Of a stretch of 64,000 nt of DNA, positions 1 to 11,926 are shown in pieces. The stretch's first letter is position 1, and each line of letters starts with the position of its first letter. The notes under the pieces were generated by a model. The model was not told the origin of the DNA, made no database searches, and saw only the letters and a list, made by a program, of their open reading frames with translations. Location: NCBI GenBank assembly GCA_963801815.1, contig CAWDGJ010000008.1, forward strand, positions 1-64,000, read 5' to 3'. This DNA is from an uncultured Verrucomicrobiae bacterium. Lineage in GTDB: Bacteria; Verrucomicrobiota; Verrucomicrobiia; Chthoniobacterales; UBA10450. Position numbers and translations under genes: made by a program.

Positions 1-207
1 TTGCCTTTGACTAGGCAAAAATTGCGCGAGGATCTGGAGGATGAGATCGGAAGATTACTTTCAGGAACAATGTGATCTGTTTTATGTGGGTGCATTGGTT
101 GACACCCTATTTCCCGAGTTTAAAGCACACCATTTCAGAGAAATTTCGCAGCGCGGGATCAAGCTCTTCGCGAGCTTAGGCTCTTCGCTTCTTCCTTCAC
201 CGGGCTA

Positions 208-654
208 CTACAACGCAGCGTGCATCGATTTGAGTTCGGCTCGAAAAGCTTCTGCGAATGACCTGAGCGGATCAGCGTTGGCGCCATCGCGAATCGACGC
301 GCGCGGTTCGAGCGAAAGATTCGGCCTGAAGTACTGTTCGGTGATTGCTGCCAGCGCTCGTTCCGCCTCAGCCAGAACTGCGTCTGACGCGCAAAGCCTG
401 ATGCGGTTAAGCAGAGCGTAGATTGGCAGCAGCCTTTCGCTCTTATCGAGAGTGCTCTCAAACGAATCCAGCGCGCGTGCTGAGCATTCGTTGATAAACT
501 GGCCTGAAAGCGTTTCGCGCCTGGTGAGCTCGGCGCGGAATTCTTTGCGCTTGTTTGATGTTCTTTGCGTGACCCAGGCGGTCGCCACGCTTGCTGAGCC
601 GCCCAACAGTGACCCGAAAAGACCTGTCAGTGCAGTAACGATTGCGGTGTCCAT
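208..654 (-). CDS. Hypothetical protein with N-terminal hydrophobic helix (148 aa)
   Basis: ATG at 654 (MDTAIVTALTGLFGSLLGG...) lies 2 nt after the NDH-2 stop. The ORF track fuses it to ndh only because of an indel. Confidence 0.7.
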   Translation of the reverse strand: MDTAIVTALTGLFGSLLGGSASVATAWVTQRTSNKRKEFRAELTRRETLSGQFINECSARALDSFESTLDKSERLLPIYALLNRIRLCASDAVLAEAERALAAITEQYFRPNLSLEPRASIRDGANADPLRSFAEAFRAELKSMHAAL

Positions 655-656
655 GG

Positions 657-2000
657 CTACACTGCCCGATCTTCTGACACGGCGGTCTCTCGCAGTCCCC
701 GAATGCGAGCCCACCGCTCGATGAGTTCTTCGACATCGCGCAATGTGATCATCTGTTCGATGTCGCGCCCGAACAGAAGATCGAGCGTCCACGCGAGCAG
801 CACGCGGGTCTTCTTTTACGAGTCGCGGAAGCTTCGCCAGATAAATCGAGCGCCACATCCACCAGGCGATCAAGCCGGAGAACTTGAATCCGAACAGGCT
901 CACAACGCCGGTGTGATGCCCGATGCTCGCGAGCATGCCCATGGTTCGATATCGAAACGACTTCAATTCCCGTCCGAGAATTGTGCGCTCGATGTTTTTC
1001 GCCGCCGTCAGCGCCTCACGCATTCCGTGCTGCGCGGTTGGCGGGTAAAATTCTTCGGTTTGGAATTCCGGAACCGCCGCACAATCGCCGGCCGCCCATA
1101 GTCCGGCGTAACCCGGCACTTGAAGATATTCGTTCACGCGAAGCCGGCCCTTTTCTTTCCCGCACGGCAAAGACGCGATCACCGGGCTCGGTTTCACCCC
1201 CGCAGTCCAGATCAGTGTCGCAGCGGGAATCGTCATCTCATTGTTCAGCGTTACGACCCATCCATCATAGCCCGCTACGCGCGCGCCTTTGATCACTTCC
1301 ACTTTGCGCTCGCGCATCTTCCGTTCGCGCATAACGACCGAGTTCTTCGCCTAACTCGGGCAACAAATAATCGCCCGGATGAATCACCACGATGCGAATC
1401 TCCTCGCCCCCCAAACGCGGATAGAACTTCGCCGTCTCGCGCACGAAATCGTTGACTGCGCCTGCCGTTTCCGCGCCGGCAAATCCGCCTCCCGCGATTA
1501 CGAACGTGAGCCATTGACGGCGCACGGCTGTATCTTTCTCCAGGGTCGCTTCTTCCAAAAACGCCACCATCCGATTTCGCAGCAGCGCCGCGTCACTCAG
1601 ATTCTTCATTGTCACCGCCCAATCGCGGATGCCGGCGTTGTCGAAGAAATTTGTTTCCGATCCGAGTGCGAGCAGCAAATGATCGAACTCAAACTCGAGC
1701 TTCGCGCGATCGAGTCCATGTGCGCAGCGGATTTTTTTCCCGCTAAGATCGACATCGCGCACGTCGGCTTCTATGAAGTTCACGTGACGAAGGATGCGCC
1801 GCAGCGGATTAACGATGTCGTTAGGCGAAAGGTCGCCCGCCGCGACTTCATGCAGCATCGGTGTGAAGAGAATGAAATTCTCCACGCGCGATCAGCATCA
1901 CCTTGACGTCCGGCCGCCTGGCCAGGTGCTTGTCCAAATATTTAGCGGCGTACAGCCCGGCGAATCCGCCGCCCGCGATCACGATCTTCGTCTTCTTCAT
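657..2000 (-). CDS. ndh: NAD(P)/FAD-dependent oxidoreductase, type II NADH dehydrogenase family (frameshifted)
   Basis: MKKTKIVIAGGGFAG, FTPMLHEVAAG, a second GGGFAGAE motif, WTAGV, AGDCA, PPTAQH. Split over several frames; reconstructed stop TAG at 657-659. Confidence 0.85.
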
Positions 2001-2129
2001 GCGACAATATTCGCGTGGCGCCGAGGCTGGCTGAAGGATCGCGCTGTGGTCTGCGGGTTCTTTGATTGATGCATAATGGAAGTGGGTGACTTCGATTGAT
2101 CAGACCGCTACTGCGGCCGGAGCTTGCGT

Positions 2130-5100
2130 CTAGACGTCGGTCGGAGTGGTCCGTCCTCCGTCTTCCCGGATTTTGAACCAGGTGATGTAGAGCGAGGGCA
2201 GCGCGATCAACGTCAGCAGCGTGGCCACCGCGAGGCCGCCCATGATGGCGTAGGCCATGGGGCCCCAGAAGACGGTCGGCGCGATCGGCGCCATACCCAG
2301 GATCATCGCCTGCGCGGTCAGTGTGATCGGACGGAAGCGCCCAGGGACGCGTCGACCACGGCATCCCGACCCCCGCGTCCCGCTTCTTCTCGACTTCGAT
2401 CTGGTCCACCGTGATGCCGAGTTTCGGATGATCATGTACGATCAGCGCGACGGTGCCCAGCATCGCGACGAGCCCCATCGGGCTTTCCGTGACCAACGGC
2501 GCAGGACAGCACCAATGACGCCCCAGGGGGGCGACCTGCGGCCACGACAGGCGGCTGAAACTGCATCTGGAACATCAGGACCAGATCGCGATCAGCACGA
2601 GCACGATCGGGAAGACCGCTAGGACGGAGAGACTGTTCCCTTCGCGCTTTCCTCGACGCTGCCTGCCTCGACGATCTTGTGGCCGAGCCGGCAGTTGCCG
2701 CTTCAGCTCGGCGACTTTTCCGAAGGCTCGCCACGGCGGTCGCCGCCAGCACGCCATCCCTGGGTTCGGCCTGGACGGTCAGGGTGGGCAGCCGGTCCCG
2801 ACGCCGGATCAGGGCCGTTCCTGTTCGTACTCGACCTTGGCCGGCTCGCTCGATGGCGCACGACCGTCCGTTCGAAGTGGACCTTCGGGTCCGGATCGTC
2901 TCCAGCGACATCGTTCGTCGGCCTCGGCTCGCACCGACCGGCGTCGATAGATGTATGCTGTACGCCTGGGTCGCGGAGATGCCCGAGACGACGACGTTGA
3001 TCGTCGGGCGACGGTGCGCCGAGCTGAGCCCCGATTGCCTCGCCTCATCCTGTTAACGCGGATCCCGGACCGGATCGGGTCCGTCCAGTTGAAGCTCACT
3101 CTTCGGAGTCTGGTCTCGCCCCACGATCCCGGCCAGCTTGTCGGACAGTTCGCGCCCGCCTGATACAGATCGCTGCCGCTCGACCGGGTCCTGGACCGGC
3201 CGACCGACCGGCGGCCCGACTCGGCGGAAAAACGCGCCGACCGCCTCGGAACTTTTCCTGAATCACGGCCTCAGGCGCTTGCTTGGTTTGGTCCCGGCCT
3301 TCAGGCTCTTGGTGACGATGATCTTGGGTCGAGAAATCGTTTTGGAGCTGCACGCGGTAGACGGCAGGTGGATCGAGTTGCGCCACGCCCACGTCGGAAC
3401 TCCAGTCGACAATCTGCGGGTCACCACCGAGGATTACGTCGAGACTTCTGCGATGCCGTGTCCGAGGCGTCAATCGAGGCGTCGTGCCTGGCGCAGGTCG
3501 GCACCAGTTCCGGCCGAGTCCGACGCGGGAAAGAACTGGCTGGGCACGACCGCGCCAGCCACAGCGCGACGCCGAAATCACGATCGTTCACCGCCAGCGT
3601 CGTTTGGACGTTACGCATGCGTGAGAGCAGGCGGCGCCGATCGAGGCGAGTGAGGCGCCCGCCACTCTCGTGGTGGTTCTTGCCCTTGTCCTTGTCGTCG
3701 TGCTTGGGCGGCTTCGGAAGGCATCGTCCCGATAGCGGCGTGAAGAGCACGGCGACGAACCAGGAGGTGAGGACGGCGATCACGACGACCGCGAGAGCGT
3801 GAAGGTGTATTCGCCCGCCGAACTCTGGCGGAACCGATCGGCACGAGCCGAGCGCGATACGCAGGGTGCCGGTGAGCCTCGGATCTCCGTGAGGCATAGG
3901 CAAAGATCACCGCTTCGATCAAGGTCCAGCCATGTCCACCTTCGAGACCATGCCTCGATCGTGATCATCGCGTCATCGACGAGCAGCCCAAGCGCGATGA
4001 TAGCGCGCCCAGCGAGATGCGCTGCCAGTCGATCCCGGCGGTCTTCATGACGATCGAACGGATCGCCAGCACCAGCAGGAATCAGGAGTCGCCACGACAA
4101 GCCCGCCCGCGACCTTCAGATTGCAGGAAGCTGATGACGAGAACAAGATCGCGATCGCCTCCCACAGCGCCTTCGTCGATTCGTTCCCGGCTTTCCTCCA
4201 CCACCTTCGGCTGATTCGAGACCAGGAAAGTTTCGATGCCGACGGGCAGGTCCGCTTTGAGTTCCTCCATCACGTGATCCAGATTTTTTTCCAAAGCGAG
4301 GATGTCGCCGCCGGTGCGCATCGAGAGCGCCACGCCGATGGCGTCCTTGCCGTTGACGCGGAACTTCGGCTGCGGCGGGTCGGCGTAGCCGCGCGTGATC
4401 GTCGCGATGTCGCCGAGGCGCAGCATCTTGCCGCCGAAGGAGAAATTGACCTGCTGCAAGTCCTTTTCGGATTCAAACCGTCCGGTCACATCCATGAGCA
4501 CGGCCTCGTTCTTCGTCTGGATCACGCCGGAGGGGACCACGGCGTTCTGGGTCACGAGCGCCTGGACCAGTTCCATGCGGTCCATGCCGAGTTCGGCCAG
4601 GCGGTGCGTGGAGAACTCGACATAGATGCGCTCGTCCTGGGTGCCCAGGAATTCGGCTTTGGAGACATCTTTCACTCGCAGCAGGCGCGAGCGCGCCTCT
4701 TCCGCGTAATCGCGCAATTCCCTGTGACTGAAGCCGTCCGCCGTGAAGCCATAGATGATCCCGTAGGTGTCGCCGAATTCGTCGTTAAAAAACGGCCCCA
4801 CGATTCCTTGCGGGAGCGTCTGCCGGATATCGCCGACTTTCTTGCGGACCTGGTACCAGAGGTCCGGCACATCCTTCTTTGGGGTGGACTCGAGCAGATA
4901 GACAAAGACGGTGGACGTCCCGGCGACGGTATAGCTCTTTAAATAGTAGAGATTGGGCGTGTCTTGCAGCTTCTTCTCGATGCGATCGGTCACCTGCTGC
5001 ATGGTCTCTTCCTGGGTCGCGCCCGGCCAGAGCGTCATGGACCACCATCGTCTTGACCGTGAATTCGGGGTCTTCATTGCGCCCCAGGTGCAGATACGCC

Positions 5101-5189
5101 GAGACCCCGGCCACGAGGCATACGAACATGAAGTAGATGGAGAGCGCCTTGTGGCGGATCGCCCATTCGGTCAGATTGAAGCCCTTCAT
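2130..5189 (-). CDS. RND efflux permease, AcrB/AcrD/AcrF family (heavily frameshifted in C-terminal half; may be a pseudogene)
   Basis: MKGFNLTEWAIRH, GPFFNDEFGD, IALGLLVDDAMI, RFRPITLT, FWGPMAYAIMGGL motifs occur in order across many frames. Confidence 0.85.
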
Positions 5190-6285
5190 TATTGGCCTTC
5201 CAACAGTTTCACGGGTTGACCTTCATGGAGCTCCTGGACCCCGGCTGTGACAACCCTTTCGCCGGATTCCAGCCCGTCCGTCACGATGACAGAGTCCGGC
5301 GCATGGCGCGCAATGGCGATCTCCCGACGATGCACGCGCTGATCCTTTGCATCGACCACCCAGACCGCGGGCTTGTTTTCGATCATCGTCAGCGCTGAAG
5401 AAGGGACTTCGATCACCGACTCGGCCTTCAATTTCAGGCGCCCGAGGACCGTCGCCCCCAGAAACATTCCCGCGGGCGGATCGGCGAGTTCGACTTTGAC
5501 CTGATAGTTGCGTGTGACCGGATCGGCCTGCGGCGATATTTCGCGGACCTTGCCGTCCGCCTTGATCTCTGGATGGTCCGCGAGCCAGACCTCACCTTGC
5601 GCACCCAACGACAGGCCGTCGCGAATGGCCTGGGCGGGCACGTCGAAAACGGCATCGCGCCCGGTTTGCTGCGCCACCTGCAGGACCATCTTGCCCGCCG
5701 GCACGACCTCGCCCACCTCGGCCCCTTTTTCCGTGATCACGCCGGCGGCATCGGATTTGAGTTCCGTGTAACTCAACTGTTCTTCGGCGGATTTCAGTTG
5801 GGCTTGCGTCGCATCCAACTGCGCTTTCGTCGTCTTCAGTTGGCGCAAGGCGACATCGTATTCATTGGGGGATATCACCCGCTCGGTAAGCAACTTGCTT
5901 CTGACGCCGTTCAAATGCTTCCGATTGGTCAAGAGAGGCTCGCGCCGCGGCAACGTCGGCCTGCGCGGAGTTCCGGGCGTTTCGTTCGACTTCGGCATCC
6001 AGCAGCGCCACCGTCTGCCCGGCTTCGACCTTGTCGCCGACGCCCACTTTTCTTTGGATGATCCTCCCGCCAATCCGGAAGGCAAGATTGACCTCGTTGC
6101 GCGCGCGCAGATGGCCGGACACGACCTTTGGGTCTCCGACCTGACGTTTTTCAACAACGACCGAGCGGACCGGGCGGACCACCGGCGGCGGCTCCGGTTT
6201 TCTTTTTGCATGCGCCCAGTGTCATGACCGCCAGGGCCATCGGGATGGCAAGGCGTCCGAGGCCCAAAATTGGTATCGGTTTCAT
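5189..6285 (-). CDS. RND periplasmic adaptor (membrane fusion protein), probable lipoprotein (frameshifted)
   Basis: ATG at 6285 with lipobox-like LGAC; LAFRIGGRI, YTELKSDAAGVI, ISPQADPVTR, GLESGERVVTAG. Stop abuts the permease start. Confidence 0.85.
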
Positions 6286-6288
6286 AAG

Positions 6289-6723
6289 CTACTTCTTTGT
6301 TGATTTAGGATTCTGCGTTTCCCAAAAAAATGACCCGGTGCGTGGCTCCCTTCTCGCCCGAAGCGGCGAGTGTGATGGCTTCCTTCATGTGGCGTTTGCC
6401 TGTCTCGTCCAGTGGACCCATGCCGCTGCCGGGCAAGATCCAGACGACCGAAGTCTTCGTCACGGCAGTAAACGACGACGATGTTTTCCTGCGGCACTGC
6501 ATGATAAAAGCTCGCCTGCGGACGCTCCTCGATTATGCGCAACATCTTCGTCCCGCCACGGGATCACCGACAAACTCCTCCTCATGCGCCTTCGCGAGCT
6601 TCCTCAGCTCGTCGATGCTGATGCTGTCGCAAAGACTCTAGCATGTGTTTTCGCCGCTCTTCCCACACCGCCGGCAGGATTCACGAATTTATCGAATGGC
6701 ATAATGGCTGGTCTCCTTTCATG
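6289..6723 (-). CDS. Hypothetical protein (frameshifted)
   Basis: Fragments join into ...ELRKLAKAHEEEFVGD...LRIIEERPQASFYHAVPQENIVVVYCRDEDF...WILPGSGMGPLDETGKRHMKEAI. Stop at 6289-6291, 3 nt before the adaptor start. Confidence 0.45.
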
Positions 6724-6924
6724 AATTCCTTAGGCATCAGGCCAGTTGCTTCGCATCCGGATGGAACCGCGCGAGGACCAGATGCAGCTTACGCTGCTCA
6801 TACCCCGCAAGCCGTTTGCGGCCCACTCTGCCATTGCGCTACCAGCTCGGCCGTCCGGCCTAGCTCGGAGTCCTCGCTCGGAGCCTATCATCCTGGACGT
6901 GGCTCGGGTTCAATTAGTTTTGCT

Positions 6925-7173
6925 CATGACTTCCTTTGCTGAATTTCGGCGGTGAAAAGACCACTCTCGGATGCCTCACAGTCGCTCGTGATGAATGTGT
7001 CCCAGCATTACTCGGGCGGGACTCGTACACGTATCGCAGATGGGAGAATCGCCATTCGGCTGCGACCCATATCCGGATGCTGTCGCGCGAAGCGCATTGT
7101 GCATCTCGCGCTGAAGCTGCGACGTAGCCCGGGACTTCAGCCGCGGGAAGTTGACGAATGTGTCCGTGTTCAT
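6925..7173 (-). CDS. Small hypothetical protein (frameshifted)
   Basis: MNTDTFVNFPRLKSRATSQLQREMHNALRA...NGDSPICDT.YES. Protein-like segment broken by indels; boundaries approximate. Confidence 0.35.
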
Positions 7174-7933
7174 CGCTAACACCAGACATTCTCACGCGGC
7201 GGAGAGCCGGATTGAAGATCTGATTCCAACCGCGATCGAGAGTTGAAGATCGACATGTTGAGGACCAGCATCGGGTCGCGCCGGCCCGGCGCGACCAGAC
7301 GAAACCGACAGGCGCGACGGCTCGGCGTGACATCTGAGCGCGTCATGGTGCGGAATTGTCGTTTTCACGATAGATCGCCTCCTTTCGTAGGTCTCGAATA
7401 CCCGGACAGCCCGAGAACTAGAATCGCGGATCGACCGAGAAGTCCGTGTTCAGTTAACTGTCACTGCCGACGAGAATGTGGCAAACGTAGCAGCAGGTGC
7501 TCGAACGTCTCAACGCGCCATGGCGACACTTGCCTCGCTGACATCGACATCGCGATCATGGCTGTCTAGGAGTGGTAACGTTGCGAGAGGCTCGGGACGG
7601 CGAATGGGCGAGCGTCAAACTGCATGTTCCATGCGCCATGTCTGGACACGTCGGCGTCATGGCCGCATTCCTCGCGTGATGCCGATTGTTGCCGGAGGTG
7701 AAAGACTTCTCATGCCACCCGGAGCTGTCGTGCGAATTCTCACGTTGGCCTCGCCTTTAGAGATACTCGCGTCGTTAGCTGTTCATGTGTGTTGCTATGA
7801 CACCTCTATCTCCCGAGTTTGGAGGACAGACATTTCAGGAAACGTGATCTTTTTGGGCGGCGGTTTTCGCGACCGGCCATTACGTACGTCGGCGGCTAGC
7901 ACAACGCCGTCGTCCCGTGATTCTGCGTTACGC

Positions 7934-10743
7934 TTAGTAGCGAACCGGCGGCGGATTCTTTAGCAGTGCTTCGAAACCTTGGGTCCTTGCGCAAAGGATC
8001 CCAGTAAGGTGAAATCGAAGGTCGCCCGGGTGAATTCCGCCCGGCACTTCAAGCAGGTGCGGAAGCGCGGCGATCGCTGCATCGACTTCACCCAACTGCG
8101 CCAGAGCTCTCGCGCGATAAAGTTTCGGCGAGTGGTTTGATTAGGGCGTCGTTCTCATAATCGGCAACGCCTTGCCTCGCCTGCTCGAGCGCATTCGGTT
8201 TGTCCCCGAGCCCAGCATACGCAAGGGCAAGGAGAGTCGCGCTCCGAGAAGTGGCGGAATGGGGAGAACACCCCCGGGCGCATACTTCCTGAATAACACG
8301 CTCGAACGTGGTACCCGGCTTCCTCATTTCGCCCAGCCCAGAGCTCACAATATCCCTGAAGCACGAGAGCAAAGATGTCCTGGGTGTTGACCGTTGCTCC
8401 TGGACGCGGAGAGCTTGTTGCCTTACGTAGCCCAGAAGATCGCTTCGTCGAAATTGCGCTCCAATAGTGCCTGATCCACGCGATGTATTAGAACGGTCTT
8501 GTCGGTAGAATCCTTGGAGATACGGGCAAGCTCTTTGGCGGCTTTGTCTAACCGGCCTTCTTCTTGGTATTGCTCAGTCTTGAGCGCGATGACGAACTCA
8601 TCGTTAGGCGAAATCTCCAACGCGCGATCGAGTGCTGCCTCTGCCTCTGCCGCTCGCGCCTAACGGCCAGAATATGTCGGTCGCAACATTGGTCCAAAGC
8701 CGAGTATTGCGTGGGTCGAAGCTCGGTTGCTCTGGCCAGATGAGCTTCAGCTTCTCGCCAACGACCGAGGCGGCGCTCCGCGTACAGCCATGTATTCGTT
8801 AACAAGCGCGCTATTCGGCAAAGATTTTCCGCTTCGCGATAGGCATGGAGCGCCCGTAGCGGGATCGTTCAAGACTCGCGAGCGATAAGTTACCTTGCGC
8901 CACCCATGCTTCGCCCAGTTCGGGTGCGAGCGCGATCGCCCGATCTGCAGCCTCTTGACCGCCGCCGCGGAATTCACGTCACGATTGATGCCGTTGTAGT
9001 AAAGAAAACTGCGCACGATGCCGAGGTGAGCCCAGGCAAGCGCAAAGTTCGGGTCGAGCTGGACAGCTTCCGCATAAGCAGTGGCAGCATCCTCGAAGGA
9101 GGAGCCACTGGATTGACTGTGCTCGATGCCAACTCCGCGCAGGTAAGCATTGTAAGCAGCCGTGTTTGCTGTCGGCGGCTCCGTGCTAATTCTTTGCACC
9201 AGCTTTGCATCCAGTTGTTGCGCGATCGTATTGGCTACTTCGGTTTCGACCGCAAAGACATCATCGAGCTTGCGATCGTAGCTGCTGGCCCACAGGTGCG
9301 CGTTGGTGCGTGTATCGATGAGCTGCACATTCACGCGAACCTTATCGGCCGACCTTTGCAGAGAGCCTTCCAAAACTCTGCCGACGTTAAGTTGGCGGCC
9401 AACGGTTCTTAGATCGACAGGTTTGCTTTGGTACCCTTGCGTCGAGGTGCGCGCGATGACTTTGAGGTCAGCCAGACTTGCCAGCTTGGTCAGAATTTCA
9501 TCCTGAATACCGATCGCGAAGAATTGATCGTCCGCGTTCGAGCTGAGATTTTCGAACGGAAGAACTGCGATCGCTCGATCCAGTTCAGAAGCCGAGGCCC
9601 TGCGTTGGTAAAGAAAGTTGGCTAATAAGGCGAGAGCGAGTGCAAGCGCGAGTCCTACTGAAGCAAGAAAGAAGCGTTTTCGCCGTTGACGCGCAGCAGG
9701 CTCAAAACGGGACGTGGCACCGGTGAATCTTTGTCAGTAGCTCGCGCGCGGTCTGCGGTCGCTGTGCCGGGTCGAGGGCTACCATCGACTTCAACAACGT
9801 GACGCATTCGAGAGGCACGTGTGCACTCTTCAACTGCTTCAGCGGAAGGGGCTGTCGCTTGCTTGGCCCGAATTTCCTCAATGGAGCGGCCGGCAAAAGG
9901 CATTTGCGCGGTAAGGAAGTACCAGAAGGTTACGCCTAACGAGTAAACGTCCGAACGGGTGTCGATCTGCTGCTGGCCCGCTTCAGCAAATTGCTCCGGA
10001 CTAGCGAAGGCAGGAGTTGCCGATAAAGCCGGCTTGCGTCTGATAAACCGTTTCCGCTGGTGCCGCGACAACCTTCGCGATGCCGTAATCGATTATCTTC
10101 ACCAATAGCTGATCGCTTGCGTGCGATTCGATCATCAAGTTCGACGGCTTCAGATCACGGTGGATAACTCCGCATTCCTCGCCAGCGGCCAGACCGCGGG
10201 CGGTTTGCTCTACTACTTCAAGGGCGAGACTTAAAGGAAGCGGGCCGTCGCGTTGCACGCGCTGCTTCGAGCGTTTCACCATGGACAAGCTCCATCGCAT
10301 AAAAGCATTCCCCATCCTGCTCACCGTAATGAATTACTCGCGCGACATTCGGATGATGAATCTGCGCAGCCGCGCGGGCTTCCCGCAGAAATCGTGCACG
10401 AGCAATGGGATCTTCCGCCAGCTTTCGACTGATGACTTTCAGCGCGACCGTTGAATTGAGAACGGTGTCGCGCGCACGATAGGTTACCGCCATTGCCCCG
10501 GAGCCGAGTATGACAGGGAAGCCGTCGGCATTTACTTCGACTTCGAAATGAGCGTAGCGCAACGGACCGAGCCTTGGTCGCTCGCCGCTAGTTGCTGCGC
10601 GGCGACTCATGTTCCTCGGCGAGAAAGCCAAAGCTAACCAGGCAACGAACACATTCGCCATCCGGGCCGGGATGGGTAATCGATTTGCCGCAGGTTGCAC
10701 AAACTCCTGCGCCAATCCCTTGCGGAGGATCCACGACGCTCAT
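7934..10743 (-). CDS. Ser/Thr protein kinase with N-terminal Cys motif, TolB-like domain and TPR repeats (frameshifted)
   Basis: CATC...CVRC N-terminus; GSGAMA, VALK, HRDLKPSN, DYG, SPEQ, SDVYSLG; IAVLPFENLS, EGSLQR; WDPLRKDPRF end. ATG overlaps the sigma factor stop (ATGA). Confidence 0.85.
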
Positions 10744-11470
10744 GCGGTTAGAATGCGGTAAACGTAATGCAGCTCGTCATCGATGTCCGTCGGATCGGAA
10801 ACCGTGCTTGCCACTTCGGCCCGCAAGGCGTGTCGATAGGTTTGGCGCAATCGTGAAAGCCAGACGCGGAAATTTTCAACCGATGTGCCCAGTCGCTTTG
10901 CCACTTCCTGCTGATTCGGCGGCGGCCGCTGTTCCACCGGCTATAAAGGGCCTTAGCTCATCGACCCACTCTCGTTTGCCTTCCGCAGCAAATCGGTCCC
11001 GCACATTCTTCCACGCGCGCGTCACGACGCTGGAGGCCCACGCGACATCATAAGAGTTCACGTCGCTCAAATGCGACGTCGCCAGCATCGAAGCTTCAGC
11101 TTGCGGCAGTAGTTCATCGAACGAGCACAAATTGCTGCGCTCCGCCGCGTTTGAGCGCGCGCATGCGTTCGCGCTGCTTCAGCAGAAAATTTTGCAACGA
11201 CCCGAGCAGGAACGTGCGCAGCCGGCCCTTCTCCTGATCGGCCCGACTCAACGTGTTGTGCTCGAATAGATGCTCGAAAAAACCCTGGACGATATCTTGC
11301 GCGTCAGCCGGCGAATAGCCGCGGCGACGGACAAATGTATAGAGCGGTGGCCAGTAGGCTTCGCAAAAAGCGGCGAGCGCTTTCGACGCAGCTTCTTTCG
11401 AACCGGCCTTCCCTGCCTGCAACACGACGGTCCAATGCGTCGTCTGGAACGGCGCACCTCCCTCTTGCAA
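10740..11470 (-). CDS. ECF-type sigma-70 factor, kinase-associated type (frameshifted)
   Basis: FQTTHWTVV, FCEAYWPPLYTFVRRRG, DAQDIVQGFF, RLRTFL and C-terminal HTH EVAKRLGTSVENFRVWLSRLR, across three frames. Confidence 0.85.
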
Positions 11471-11585
11471 CGTGCCCGGAATTGGTTTCGTAAAAGTCCA
11501 ATATCCTGGGGAGGTTCGTTTTGCGAGACAAAACGAAATGCCGCTTTTGGCAAATTGAATGAACCAGAGTCGGTGCGTCCGTGTA

Positions 11586-11796
11586 CTAGGATTTGTGCTA
11601 GATCGAACGGTTTTCTACTCGCCATTCGTGTTCGAATGAATTTCTCGAAAAACGCGCGATTTCCTTTCGTAAAATCGTTTTTTCGTGAAACGAAAAGTAA
11701 TGTTTTGAAATCGATGATTTGGGATTCCTAAGTCTGGCGCGTCTGCCAATTTCGCCACCCTGGCCTGAAATGTTCCCGGTCTAGCACAAATCCTAG
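11586..11796. repeat. Perfect 17-bp inverted repeat (CTAGGATTTGTGCTAGA) bracketing the tRNA fragment
   Basis: 11586-11602 is the exact reverse complement of 11780-11796; extends to 20/23 nt. Confidence 0.9.
11726..11764 (-). tRNA. 5' half only of tRNA-Leu(TAG) (truncated; att-like fragment)
   Basis: GCCAGGGTGGCGAAATTGGCAGACGCGCCAGA-CTTAGGA gives acceptor 5' strand, Leu-type D-arm, anticodon stem 5' strand and loop. ATCCC follows instead of the required TCTGG; no T-arm or CCA found. Confidence 0.85.
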
Positions 11797-11926
11797 CATA
11801 ACCGGTGCGTTTCATCCGTTTCCGTTCGGGAAACAATGCTTCTACGCCGCCAAACTTACGCTTGGATTGATGATCGCGAGTCGGTCGTCGAATTGCTCGT
11901 AGCGCCGAACCCATCAGCTTATTCCT

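Noticed and set aside
208..1332. Apparent NDH-2/hypothetical fusion ORF
   Set aside because: Caused by an indel near 815; ndh has its own stop at 657-659 and the next gene its own ATG at 654.
11600..11726. Group I intron in tRNA-Leu
   Set aside because: No 3' exon or recognisable intron core was found before the ECF gene, and the break is after the loop rather than at the usual tRNA-Leu(UAA) intron site.
11615..11914. 99-aa ORF containing ARVAKLADAPDLG
   Set aside because: It is a translation of the tRNA-Leu fragment and flanks.
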